Positions 38,269 through 48,348 of a stretch of 64,000 bases of DNA are shown here, one piece after another (position 1 is the first letter of the stretch; each line of letters starts with the position of its first letter). This DNA is from Longimicrobiales bacterium (GTDB taxonomy: Bacteria > Gemmatimonadota > Gemmatimonadetes > Longimicrobiales > Gaopeijiaceae). The notes under the pieces are model-generated. The model worked only from the letters and a program-made list of their open reading frames with translations. It searched no databases and was not told the origin of the DNA. The stretch is from positions 1,856,001 to 1,920,000 of the forward strand of contig OZ241892.1 of NCBI GenBank assembly GCA_965203485.1. Reading direction: 5' to 3'. A program made the translations under genes and the position numbers.

Positions 38269-38396
38269 GCACAAGCTTGCGTTGCGCAAGAATCACACGA
38301 CGGATCCGCCCGGGCGCCGGAACGAGGCCGAAGGCGCCTGAGCGCGTCCGGCGCCGCGGACCACCCCAGACCCCGCCTCGCGATTCGGAGGAGTCC

Positions 38397-40508
38397 ATGA
38401 AGACCACGCTTGCACCGACCTTCGCCAACATGCCTCTGGCCGCTTTCGGCCTGGTTGCCGCCACCGCTGCGGGCATTGTTGCAACCCCGGCTCCGGGCTC
38501 CGCCCAAGAGACTCCGGCCGCCGACATGCTCACCGTGGGCCACTACCTGGACATGGAGCGCGTGTCCGACCCGCAGGTGTCGCCGGACGGAAGACAGGTC
38601 GTCTACACGCGGTCGTGGGTCGACAAGATGGACGACCGGTTCCGCTCGGCGATATGGATCATGGACGCCGACGGCGGGCGGAACCGCTTCCTCTTGGAGG
38701 GATCGAATCCGCGATGGTCGCCCGACGGGTCGCGGCTGGCTTTCGTCGCGCCCGGCGGGAACGGGGGTCCCGAGGGCCCGCAGATTCATGTCCGCTGGAT
38801 GGACGCGGAGGGCGCGACGAGCCAAGTCACCCGCGAGACGGAGGCGCCGTCCAACTTCAAGTGGTCGCCCGACGGGAAGCACATCTACTTCCAGCGCTTC
38901 GTCCCCCAGTCCGAGCCCTGGCCCATCGACCTGCCGGCAGCTCCGGAAGGCGCCGAGTGGACGGCGGCGCCCAGGATCGTGGACCGCATCCACTACCGCT
39001 TCGACCGCATCGGCTTCCTCGAAGAGGGCTTCACGCATCTCTTCCGCGTGCCCAGCGACGGCGGGACCGCCCAACAGCTGACCAGCGGCCGGTGGAACAC
39101 GGGCGCCACCTTCGTCTCCGGCGTCGGCAGCGTGGGCTACGACCTCGCACCCGACGGCGGCACGCTCGTCTTCGACGGCCTGATGGAGGACGCCGACAAC
39201 CGCTACCGGGAGTCCCACGTCTACGCCATGGACTTGGCCACCGGCGACATCCGCCAGCTGACGTCGGAGAAGGGACCGTGGGCCAATCCCAACGTGTCGC
39301 CCGACGGACGCACGATAGCGTACACGGGCTATCCTTGGACGTCGCAGACGTACAAGACCACCGACCTGTACGTGATGGACGCCGACGGCGGCGCCGCGCG
39401 TCGCCTTTCGGGCAGCCTCGACCGCGACGTGGGCGCCCTCCGCTGGGCCGGCAACTCCGACGGCGTCTACTTCACGGCCGGAGACCGGGGGACCATGAAC
39501 GTCCACTTCGCGACGCGCTCGGGCGAGGTGCGGCAGGTCACGGAGGGCGCGCACATGCTGTCGCTTTCCTCGGCGACGCCGGACGGGCAGGCCGTGGGCG
39601 TGCTCTCCGCGCCCCACCAGCCCGGCGACGTGGTGGCCTACGAACTGGACGGCTCGGGCGACCTCCGGCGCCTCACCGACGTCAACGCCGACGTGCTGGC
39701 GGGGAAGCGCCTTGGGGACGTCGAGGAGATCTGGTACGAGTCGACCGGCGGCACGCAGGTGCAGGGGTGGATCGTGAAGCCGCCCGACTTCGACCCCGGC
39801 CGCCGCTATCCGCTGATCCTGCACATCCACGGCGGCCCTCACGCGATGTACAACGTCGGCTTCAGCTACCCCTACCAGAACTTCGCCGCCAACGGATACG
39901 TGACTCTCTACACGAATCCCCGGGGCAGCACCGGCTACGGCACCGACTTCGGCAACGCCATCGACAACGGCTACCCGTCGGTGGACTACGACGACCTGAT
40001 GGCGGGCGTCGACGCGTTGCTCGAGCGGGGCTACGTCGCCGACGACCAGATGTACGTGACCGGATGCAGCGGCGGCGGAGTCCTCTCCAGCTGGGTGATC
40101 GGCCACACGACCCGGTTCGCCGCGGCCGGCGTGCGCTGTCCCGTGACCAACTGGATCAGCTTCGCGGGAAACGCCGACATCACCGTGTGGGGCTACTACC
40201 GCTACAACGGCTACCCCTGGGACAACCCCGACAAGTACCTCGAGCACTCGCCCCTGATGCACGTGCAGAACGTCACGACGCCGACGATCCTCATGACCGG
40301 CGAGCTGGACCTGCGAACCCCGATGGCCCAAACGGAGGAGTACTATCAAGCGTTGAAGCAGCTCGGCGTGCCCACCAAGATGATCCGCTTCCACGACGAG
40401 TACCACGGCACCGGCTCCAAGCCGTCGAACTTCATGCGAACCCAGCTGTACCTGATGAAGTGGTTCGAGGAGCACGGAGGGCAGGCGAAGCCGGCGACGG
40501 ACGAGTGA
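38397..40508 (+). CDS. S9 family (prolyl oligopeptidase / dipeptidyl peptidase-like) peptidase
   Basis: GGAGG ribosome-binding site; signal peptide; WSPDG propeller repeats; IHGGP, NPRGSTGYG, catalytic GCSGGG, GELDLRTP, EYHG. Confidence 0.93.
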   Translation: MKTTLAPTFANMPLAAFGLVAATAAGIVATPAPGSAQETPAADMLTVGHYLDMERVSDPQVSPDGRQVVYTRSWVDKMDDRFRSAIWIMDADGGRNRFLLEGSNPRWSPDGSRLAFVAPGGNGGPEGPQIHVRWMDAEGATSQVTRETEAPSNFKWSPDGKHIYFQRFVPQSEPWPIDLPAAPEGAEWTAAPRIVDRIHYRFDRIGFLEEGFTHLFRVPSDGGTAQQLTSGRWNTGATFVSGVGSVGYDLAPDGGTLVFDGLMEDADNRYRESHVYAMDLATGDIRQLTSEKGPWANPNVSPDGRTIAYTGYPWTSQTYKTTDLYVMDADGGAARRLSGSLDRDVGALRWAGNSDGVYFTAGDRGTMNVHFATRSGEVRQVTEGAHMLSLSSATPDGQAVGVLSAPHQPGDVVAYELDGSGDLRRLTDVNADVLAGKRLGDVEEIWYESTGGTQVQGWIVKPPDFDPGRRYPLILHIHGGPHAMYNVGFSYPYQNFAANGYVTLYTNPRGSTGYGTDFGNAIDNGYPSVDYDDLMAGVDALLERGYVADDQMYVTGCSGGGVLSSWVIGHTTRFAAAGVRCPVTNWISFAGNADITVWGYYRYNGYPWDNPDKYLEHSPLMHVQNVTTPTILMTGELDLRTPMAQTEEYYQALKQLGVPTKMIRFHDEYHGTGSKPSNFMRTQLYLMKWFEEHGGQAKPATDE

Positions 40509-40737
40509 GGGGCGCGGACGCCGGAACGGCGAAGTTTCCGCGTTCCTCGGCGCCCCCGGTACAGTGTTTCGGGCTTGAACCCAATCTCGCCGCACGCGAG
40601 TGGCGAGAGTGATTGGCGTTTGCCTCGCTTAGAGCAATCCCAGCGGCGGGTTCTCGTACGTCGCGGTCTTGGGTTGGCGCGGATGTTGCGCTTGAGCCCG
40701 TGTCTCCCGTTTCTTCTCGACCCACAGGACATCTGCC

Positions 40738-41698
40738 GTGCCAGCCAATATGAACAAGCCGGAGCGCTGGAAGGCCGACATAGCCGAGTCGGTGCACGCC
40801 TTTAACCGTTGGTTCTTGGCGAGCGCTCCAACGGCCTTCAGGGCGGAACGAAAGCGGGCTGTGGCGGATGTCGACCAGGCCATCGTCAGGACCGCAAGCT
40901 TCACGATGATCGAGCCGGCAGTCTTACTGGGTACGCCCGGCATCCTTCCGACACTGAGAATGGCGTCGTGTCCTCCCTTGGCCCGGGATCGACTCTCAGG
41001 CCTCGCCGGTGTGCGTCGCGGCTTGATCTCGACGATGGAGAGGAGGTGCACGCTTCCTGCCGGAAAGGATGGCACGGACGTTTCGGAGGAGCTCGCGCGG
41101 TTTGCCAAGTCCTTGGTCGCATGATCGATCCGGACGTCTGCCCGTGGATTCCACAGAGGCGACAACCTCGGAAGTCCGAGAGCGCAATGGCTGCAAGCGT
41201 GATCGCCGATCGACTTTGCGGCGCCGTCGCTCATCCCGTCATTCGCAACGCCCAAGAGCGACGCCAGCTGGACAGGCTCAGCAACTGGCTCAACGAGCGA
41301 GGATACCGCGCCCTACAGGATCGCGACATTGAAGAGCCGGACGATATGCCGCCGGGAACGTTCGCGTTCCGCATGAACGTCAAGGGCTGGCTCGACGGCG
41401 ACGGGCTGAGGTCGATCAACATGCCGATAGATGCCGTGATCGGTGCCCTTCATGGAGATGCTGACCGGCCGGTCTTTGTCGAAGCCAAGTCGGCGGGAGA
41501 TTTCGCCAACGTCAACAAGCGCCGCAAGGAAAGGCAACCAAGGCTCGTCCTCTCCGCTACCGGTATGGGCCCGACACCTGCTTCGTGCTGTTTCTCGGCG
41601 GCTATTTCGACACGGGCTACCTGGGCTACGAAGCGGCGGAGGGCATCGACTGGGTTTGGGAACACCGCATCGACGACTTCGCAGAGTTGGGCCTTTGA
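40738..41698 (+). pseudogene. XamI-family type II restriction endonuclease disrupted by two single-base frameshifts (~41100 and ~41531)
   Basis: Three consecutive frames join into one protein: MPANMNKPERWKADIAESV..LRMASCPPLARDRL.GLAG / ADRLCGA.A.P.IRNAQE.RQL..EAKSAGDFANVNKRRKE / LFLGGYFDTGYLGYEAAEGIDWVWEHRIDD..LGL*. Confidence 0.85.
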
Positions 41699-42915
41699 GC
41701 CATCTTGAACGACAACGCGAGCTTCTTCAAGCTCGCCTGGATGCCCAAAAGAGTCGGCAGGATAGAAACGTCTTGGGGCAGTTTGCCACGCCGGCGTCGT
41801 TGGCGCTGGAAATCGCCCGCTCGGCCCGCGCGGCGCTCGGGCAAAGACTGCCGATAGCGTTCCTCGATCCCGCTTTCGGGACCGGCGCCTTCTACTCGGC
41901 GCTACGTCGAGCGTTTGCTTCCGACGCGATCGCGTCAGCCCAGGGATACGAAGTCGACGCCTATTACGGAGATCCGGCTCGCCGCCTGTGGGCGCCAACA
42001 GGCTTCAATCTGGCTCTCCGCGACTTTACCGCGGCCAGGCCGTCCGACAATGGGGCATCCTGCGCCGACCTTCTAATCTGCAATCCGCCCTACGTCCGCC
42101 ATCACCATATTTCACGTTCCGCGAAGCGTCGCCTCGCGACCGACCTGAAGAAGGATCTGGGAATAGGCGTCTCCGGCCTTGCGGGCCTATATGTGTACTT
42201 CATGTTGTTGAGCCACAAGTGGCTTCGGCCCGAATGCCTCTCAATTTGGCTCGTCCCCAGCGAGTTCATGGATGTCAACTATGGATCTGTCCTACGGCGA
42301 TACCTTCTTGAGCAAGTCGACCTGGTCCGGATCCATCGTTTCGATCCTGCGGAAGTCCAGTTCGACGACGCCCTCGTGTCTTCGGCCGTCGTTTGGTTCA
42401 GCAATAGGCCTCCGAGCCCGGCCGGCGACCCCGAGTTCACTTTCGGCGGCTCCATCGCCACACCGAAGATTCGGCGCCGCATTGGTCGGGGTGCGTTACG
42501 CGATTCGCCCAAGTGGACCGGCCACATCGCCCATCAAGGTCGACAACTAAGCGCATCTCACTCGCTCAACCCATGGGCGCCAGCCGTTGGCCATTTCTTT
42601 TCGATACGCCGAGGCATCGTCACCGGCGCCAATCGCTTTTTCTTGCTGGATGCAAGCCGCGCCTCCAAGCTACCGATCCCATCCCGCATCCTGACCCCGA
42701 TTCTCCCGAGTCCGCGCAATCTTGGAACCGACGTGGTGAACGCCGACGCTGATGGACAACCCCTCTTGGACGGCCCCATTTTCTTGTTCGATTGTCGCCT
42801 TGCTCCGGCCGACTTGGCCCGCGTCGAGCCCGAAACCGCCGCCTACGTCGCCACCGGCGAGGCCGCCAACATTCACAAGGGCTACCTGACGCTGCGACGC
42901 GATCCCTGGACCTAG
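41695..42915 (+). CDS. N6-adenine DNA methyltransferase (cognate of the XamI-like REase), probably C-terminally truncated
   Basis: TTG overlaps the REase TGA; GQFATP, motif I FLDPAFGTG, motif IV NPPY, LYVYF, SEFMDVNYG, RRGIVTGANRFF; ends abruptly at GYLTLRRDPWT*. Confidence 0.85.
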   Translation: MSHLERQRELLQARLDAQKSRQDRNVLGQFATPASLALEIARSARAALGQRLPIAFLDPAFGTGAFYSALRRAFASDAIASAQGYEVDAYYGDPARRLWAPTGFNLALRDFTAARPSDNGASCADLLICNPPYVRHHHISRSAKRRLATDLKKDLGIGVSGLAGLYVYFMLLSHKWLRPECLSIWLVPSEFMDVNYGSVLRRYLLEQVDLVRIHRFDPAEVQFDDALVSSAVVWFSNRPPSPAGDPEFTFGGSIATPKIRRRIGRGALRDSPKWTGHIAHQGRQLSASHSLNPWAPAVGHFFSIRRGIVTGANRFFLLDASRASKLPIPSRILTPILPSPRNLGTDVVNADADGQPLLDGPIFLFDCRLAPADLARVEPETAAYVATGEAANIHKGYLTLRRDPWT

Positions 42916-42959
42916 ACCCATAGCGCTTGGACGGCGTGCCGTCCACGGTGTCGCAATCT

Positions 42960-44243
42960 TCATTCAGAGCCACCCCCTCTCGCGAAATCCGCCCCCGCCG
43001 GGTCTTGGAACACCTTCAGCCCGAACTCGGGTAGGACAGCGATCAGGTGGTCGAAGATGTCCGCCTGGAAGGCTTCGTAGGAAGCCCAGGCCGTGTCCGA
43101 GGAGAAGCAGTAGACCTCGATCGGGACGCCTTGAGGGCCGGGGGCGAGCTGGCGGACGATGAGGGTCATGTCCTGGTGGGTCTTGGGGTGGGCCGACAGG
43201 TATCTGTGGACGTAGGCCCGGAAGGTGCCCAGGTTGGTGAGGCGGCGGGCTTCGGGGGTGGATCCCGGTTCGGGAGCATCGGTGCGGGAGGCGTTGTGGC
43301 GCTCGATCTCGTCGCGCTTGTCCTGCATGTAGGCGCGGAGGAGGTCGCGTTGCGAAAGGGCTTCGATCTCGTCGTCGGTCAGGAAGCGTACGGAATTCTG
43401 GTCGATGCGGAGCGAGCGCTTGATTCGGCGGCCGCCGGCGTCCGCCATGCCGCGCCAGTTGCGGAAGGACTCGCTGATGAACTTGTAGGTGGGGATCGTC
43501 GAGATGGTCTTGTCCCAGTTCTGGACCTTGACGGTGTGCAGGGCCACGTCGATGACGTCGCCGTCGGCGCCGGCTTGGGGCATTTCCACCCAGTCGCCGA
43601 TTCGGACCATGTCGTTGGACATGATCTGCACGCTGGCGACGAGCGAAAGAATGGTGTCCTTGAAGACCAGCATCAGCACTGCGGCCAGCGCGCCCAGGCC
43701 AGACAGAAGGACGAATGGCGACACGCCCGCCACCATCGACACGACGACGATCGCCGCTGCCAAGTAGCCCAAGAGGCTCGCGACTTGCAGGTAGCCCTTG
43801 ATCGGGGCGGACTTGGCGTCGGCATAGGTGTCGTTGTAGATGTCGTTGACGGCATCCAGCGTTGCACTGAAGGTCCTGGAAAGCACCAGGACGGCGTAGG
43901 CCGCGGCGGCGGTGCGCACCACGGTCCACGTCCAGAAGAGAAAGGCGTCTCCCGGGTCGCTGCTCGCGGCGGCCGCTTCGAACTGGGCGCCGGTGAATCC
44001 GAGAGCGGGGCCGATCCCGGCGTACACGACGAGCGCGGGCACCGTGCGGGCGACGCGGGCCAAGACGTCTCGGTCGACGAGGCGGTCGTCCCATGTGGAG
44101 CGGGTGCGGGACGCGAGCGTGCGGGCGGCGCCGGTCAAGAGCCGGCCCGCGACCCACCTGGCGGCCACCGCAACGACGACGAGGACGCCGAGGCCGGCCA
44201 GCGCCCGAGGCCAGTCGTCAAAGAACGTCAGCAAGGATTCCAT
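42960..44243 (-). CDS. Mechanosensitive ion channel, MscS family (YbdG-like)
   Basis: Motifs VFKDTILSLVASVQ, IGDWVEMP..GADGDV, VQNWDKT, NWRGM..GGRRIKRS, TNLGTFRAY. Confidence 0.92.
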   Translation of the reverse strand: MESLLTFFDDWPRALAGLGVLVVVAVAARWVAGRLLTGAARTLASRTRSTWDDRLVDRDVLARVARTVPALVVYAGIGPALGFTGAQFEAAAASSDPGDAFLFWTWTVVRTAAAAYAVLVLSRTFSATLDAVNDIYNDTYADAKSAPIKGYLQVASLLGYLAAAIVVVSMVAGVSPFVLLSGLGALAAVLMLVFKDTILSLVASVQIMSNDMVRIGDWVEMPQAGADGDVIDVALHTVKVQNWDKTISTIPTYKFISESFRNWRGMADAGGRRIKRSLRIDQNSVRFLTDDEIEALSQRDLLRAYMQDKRDEIERHNASRTDAPEPGSTPEARRLTNLGTFRAYVHRYLSAHPKTHQDMTLIVRQLAPGPQGVPIEVYCFSSDTAWASYEAFQADIFDHLIAVLPEFGLKVFQDPAGADFARGGGSE

Positions 44244-44509
44244 TCGCGCTCTTCTGCCGTCGGAGGCGGGAGGCGTTGGCGGGCACCCGGCTCCGGGGAC
44301 GAGGCCGGTCGCCGGCGGCGAGAACCGGGTCACCAAGATAATCGCCAGGGCGCCGGGCGAGAACGCGGGCACGAGCGCGGGCAGAAGGGAGCCGCCTGCG
44401 CCGCGCCGCGCCCGCAACCGAGGTCCCGGCCGACCGCCGTCGGCAGTACATTGATGGGGCGTCCCCGCACCCCTTCGCGTCCCGCGTTCCCAGATGGGCT
44501 TGGTGGGTC

Positions 44510-47429
44510 ATGCCGGCCAACAGCGAAGCCACGATCAACGTCGAACTGGGCCGCGCGCTCCGCACGAGGCACCCGGACTGGCGGAGCGGGATCGGCGTCG
44601 AGCAGTCGCAGGTTCTTCGCCGGGCAAGCCACCGGCCCGACGTTGTGGTTCGGAGCGCCGGGGGCCAAGTCGTCGTCGTCGAGACCGAGTTCGCGCCCGG
44701 CCGGGACGTGGAGCGCGACGCCTGCGCCCGCTTGGGCCGGGTCGTGGACGCGAACGACGAGCCGGTGGAGCAGACCGTCGCGCTGCTGTTGCCGGAGGAG
44801 TTGAAAGAGGGACAAGAGGAACTGCCGGAACGCATGGCCGGCGCAACCCTTCGCTTCGCCGTCTTCGCGGGCACGGAGGAGGCGCCCGTCCGCTGGCCGA
44901 CGAAGGGATGGCTGTCGGGAGGCGTCGACGACTTGGCGGCATGCGTCGAGTTCGCGTCGTTGTCGGAGAGGCGCATCGCCCAGGGCGCCGAGGCGCTGGA
45001 GACGGGCGTGCGCCAAGCCGCGTTTCGGCTCCGGGAATTCGCCGCCCACCGAAAGTCGGACTCGCTGGAGCGAATCGCCCGCGTCCTTCGCCAAGAAGAG
45101 TCCGAGCAGACCACGCGCATGGCCATGGCGATTCTGGCCAACGCGGTCACCTTCCACCACAGCATCGCCGGCACGCACGGCATCCCCCGGCTGAACGAGC
45201 TTCACCTTTCCGTGCCGGGGCTGGACCAGACAAAGCTGCTGTACTGCTGGCGCGACATCCTGGAACGCGTCAACTACTGGCCGATCTTCAAGATCGCCAG
45301 CGACGTGCTCCGGTCGATCGCGGGCGTCGAGGCGGACCGCGTGCTCGACCGGCTGGAGAAGCTGGCGTCGGAGCTGGCGAGGACGGGCGCCACCGCGACG
45401 CACGACCTGTCCGGGCAGATGTTCCAGCGGCTGATCGTGGATCGGAAGTTCCTGGCCACGTTCTACACGTTGCCCGCGTCGGCAGCGCTGCTGGCGGAGC
45501 TGGCCGTGGCCCGGTTGGAGACGGACTGGGGCGACGGCGAGGCCGTGGGCCGGCTGCGCATCGCGGACTTGGCCTGCGGGACGGGGACGTTGCTGAACGC
45601 GGCCTACCAGGCCGTGCGAATGCGGCACCGGCACCGCGGCGGCAACGACGCGGAGCTTCATCCGGCGATGATGGAGCGCTCGCTGATTGCCGCCGACATC
45701 ATGCCCGCCGCCACGCACCTCACGGCGTCCATCTTGTCGGGCGCGCATCCCGCGGTGCCGTTCGAAGGGACGCGCATCGTGACGATGCCCTACGGCGAAC
45801 AGCCGTCCGCGACGGGCCATCCGCTGTCCATCGGGTCGCTGGACCTCCTGGCGGACGAGACGGCTCGCTCCGTGGTCGGCGTGCGCCCAGCCGTGCAGAT
45901 CGACGCCTTCGGCACCGGCCGAACGCAGGTGCGCGGCACGGGCGACGAACTCGATAGCGACGCATGCGCAGTCAGCCTGCCCCACGAGAACTGCGACCTC
46001 CTGATCATGAACCCGCCGTTCACGAGGCCCACGAACCACGAGTCGGCGACGATTCCGGTGCCGTCGTTCGCGGGCTTCGACACCTCCGACGACGAGCAAC
46101 GGGCCATGTCGGCAATGCTGAAGCGATTGCGGGAGCGGCTGGACGCGGCGGCGGGAGACGGCAACGCCGGTCTGGCGTCGTACTTCGTCGACTTGGCCGA
46201 CATGAAGACGAAGCCGGGCGGCGTGATCGCCCTAGTGTTGCCGGCGGCGTTCGTGCAAGGTGGATCGTGGACGGCGGCGAGGACGCTTGTCGCCCGGCGC
46301 TACGAGGACTTGACGGTCGTGTCGATAGCGGCCAGCGGCAACACGGAACGGGCGTTTTCCGCCGACACGGGCATGGCCGAGGCGCTCGTGGTGGGGACGA
46401 AGAAGCGCGACCCCGACGCTCCTTGCGGCGACACGCTGTTCGTGAACTTGCTTCGACGCCCTCGAAGCCGGGCGGAAGCGGCGGCCCTTGCGGGCGCCGC
46501 AAGACGAATTCCAGAAGAACAGCGAAGCGGCCGCATCTTCGTCGGCGAAGACGACGTGGGCACGTTCGTGCGGGCGCCCTTGGCCGAAGGAGGATGCGCG
46601 GCGCTCCGGGAACCGGCGCTGGCCGCCGCGATGCTCTCGTTGCGGGACAGCAAACTGGCGCTGCCGCGCACCAACCAGCGTCCGACCGTTCCAACCACCT
46701 GCCTGAACGAATTGGGAACGCGGGGCAAGGTCGACCGCGACATTGCGGGCCGCAACGCCGACGGCACGCCCCGAGGGCCGTTCGACATCGTGGCGTTGCG
46801 GGGCCGCCCGCTCTACCCCGTGCTCTGGCGGCACGCCGCCGAGAGAGAGCGCAACCTGATCGTAGAACCCGACCGCGAGGGCATTGTCCGCGAAGGTTGC
46901 CAAGCCCGCGCGAACGACCTCTGGCAGGCCACGGCTTCGCGCCTTCACTTCAGCCGCGACTTTCAGATCAACTCGCAGAGCTTGGCCGCCTGCCTTACCC
47001 CGAAAAAGACCATCGGAGGCAGGGGGTGGCCCAACTTCCTGGCTCAGCGCGAGGAATGGGAAGCACCGCTCGCAGTCTGGGCCAACAGCACGCTGGGCCT
47101 CATGTCGTTCTGGTGGGTCGGAACACGGCAGCAACAAGGCCGCGCCATGCTCACGATCAGCCGCCTGCCTTCCCTGATCGTGCTGGACCCCCGTTGCCTG
47201 TCGGCACCCAAGCTGGAAGCCGCTCGTCTGATTTTCGACAACTTCAAGGGTCGCGAACTGCTCCCCGCCAACGAAGCATACCGCGACGACGTGCGCCGAG
47301 CCCTCGACCGCGCGCTCTTCACCGACGTGCTGGGCCCTGCCCGAGGCCCTCCTGGAACCCCTGGACGCCCTTCGGCAAAGCTGGTGCGCCGAACCGACGG
47401 TGCACGGCGGCAAGGGGACGCGGCCGTAG
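44510..47429 (+). CDS. Fused restriction endonuclease-methyltransferase (Type IIG-like) with a +1 frameshift ~30 codons before the probable natural stop (as sequenced it reads on to 47578)
   Basis: N-terminal RPDVVV...VVVETE nuclease-like motif; ATFYT, IADLACGTGTLL (motif I), IMNPPF (motif IV); long C-terminal specificity region; the alternative frame after 47337 reads LPEALLEPLDALRQSWCAEPTVHGGKGTRP*. Confidence 0.8.
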
Positions 47430-47750
47430 AGCGGGGTGCGCGGGCCGCTCGACGCGCATCAACCGCCGCAGGGTCGATTCGCCCGCCAAGCCGTCGCCGT
47501 CGCACACGCACGGGAGCCCCTTGTTCGCCCGAACTCTTGGGAAGATTCCTCAAGGCTGTATTCTTGATGGACCGCTAACGAAGTTGCGGACGAGTCGGCG
47601 GGCCGGCCTGGACGACGACCGCGACGAGGTTGCCGGGTATCCCGCCACGCCGCGCACCGAGTTGCCAGCAACGAATCCAGCCCACCCGATCATGTCCGAG
47701 AGGAGCCGCGAAATGACGGCAACACCCAGGGACCGACGGCGTTCCGCAGC

Positions 47751-48233
47751 ATGACCAGTCCCTCGAAGCCCCGGGAGAGCGGCCAGCGCGGCGCGTCCCG
47801 TGCCCGCCCGCGGCGACGCCGTCCTCCGGTGCGGCCGGACTGCATGCGCGTAGACGTGGACCCGGTGTATTCGGCTCGTCATTCGGCCCCTCCCGATCAA
47901 TACGTGTTCACGTACTTCGTGCGCATCGAGAACATCGGCAAGGCGCCCGCGCAACTGTTCTGGCGCCAACTGTTGTTCCACGACTCGGTGGCAGGCGACC
48001 AAGAAGTCGAGGGCGAGGGCGTCGTGGGAGAGTCGCCGTGGCTGAAGCCGGGCGACGTGCACGAATACGAGAGCTTCTGCATGCTCGAGGACCAGAACGG
48101 CTACATGGAGGGCTACTACCACTTCCAGGAGGACGACGGATCCGTGTTCCGGGCCGAGATCCCGCGTTGCCTGTTGCGCACTCCGCCCGGCGCCCTGCCC
48201 CACCTGGGCGCGGAGGCGCAAGAACCGAGCTGA
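47751..48233 (+). CDS. apaG: ApaG protein; start may be later
   Basis: Motifs YVFTY.VRIEN, EVEGEGVVGE.P.L.PG, Y.SFC.L....G.MEG.Y. Confidence 0.9.
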   Translation: MTSPSKPRESGQRGASRARPRRRRPPVRPDCMRVDVDPVYSARHSAPPDQYVFTYFVRIENIGKAPAQLFWRQLLFHDSVAGDQEVEGEGVVGESPWLKPGDVHEYESFCMLEDQNGYMEGYYHFQEDDGSVFRAEIPRCLLRTPPGALPHLGAEAQEPS

Positions 48234-48348
48234 GCGCGGCGAGCTGCTGTGGCCCTCGGGCAACCGCGGAGATTGGCGGGACCCGGCACCGGTTGCGGGG
48301 TTTGATCGCGCGTGCCCCCGGGGCCGCTCGGACCGGCTTGTCTTGGCT

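Noticed and set aside
36402..38396. N-terminal extension of the 1368-aa ORF, suggesting a giant peptidase fusion
   Set aside because: Arg/Pro-rich off-frame read across the PLP enzyme gene; the peptidase has its own GGAGG and ATG at 38397.
40575..40805. 76-aa ORF as an RM controller (C) protein
   Set aside because: No helix-turn-helix pattern, and it overlaps the REase start out of frame.
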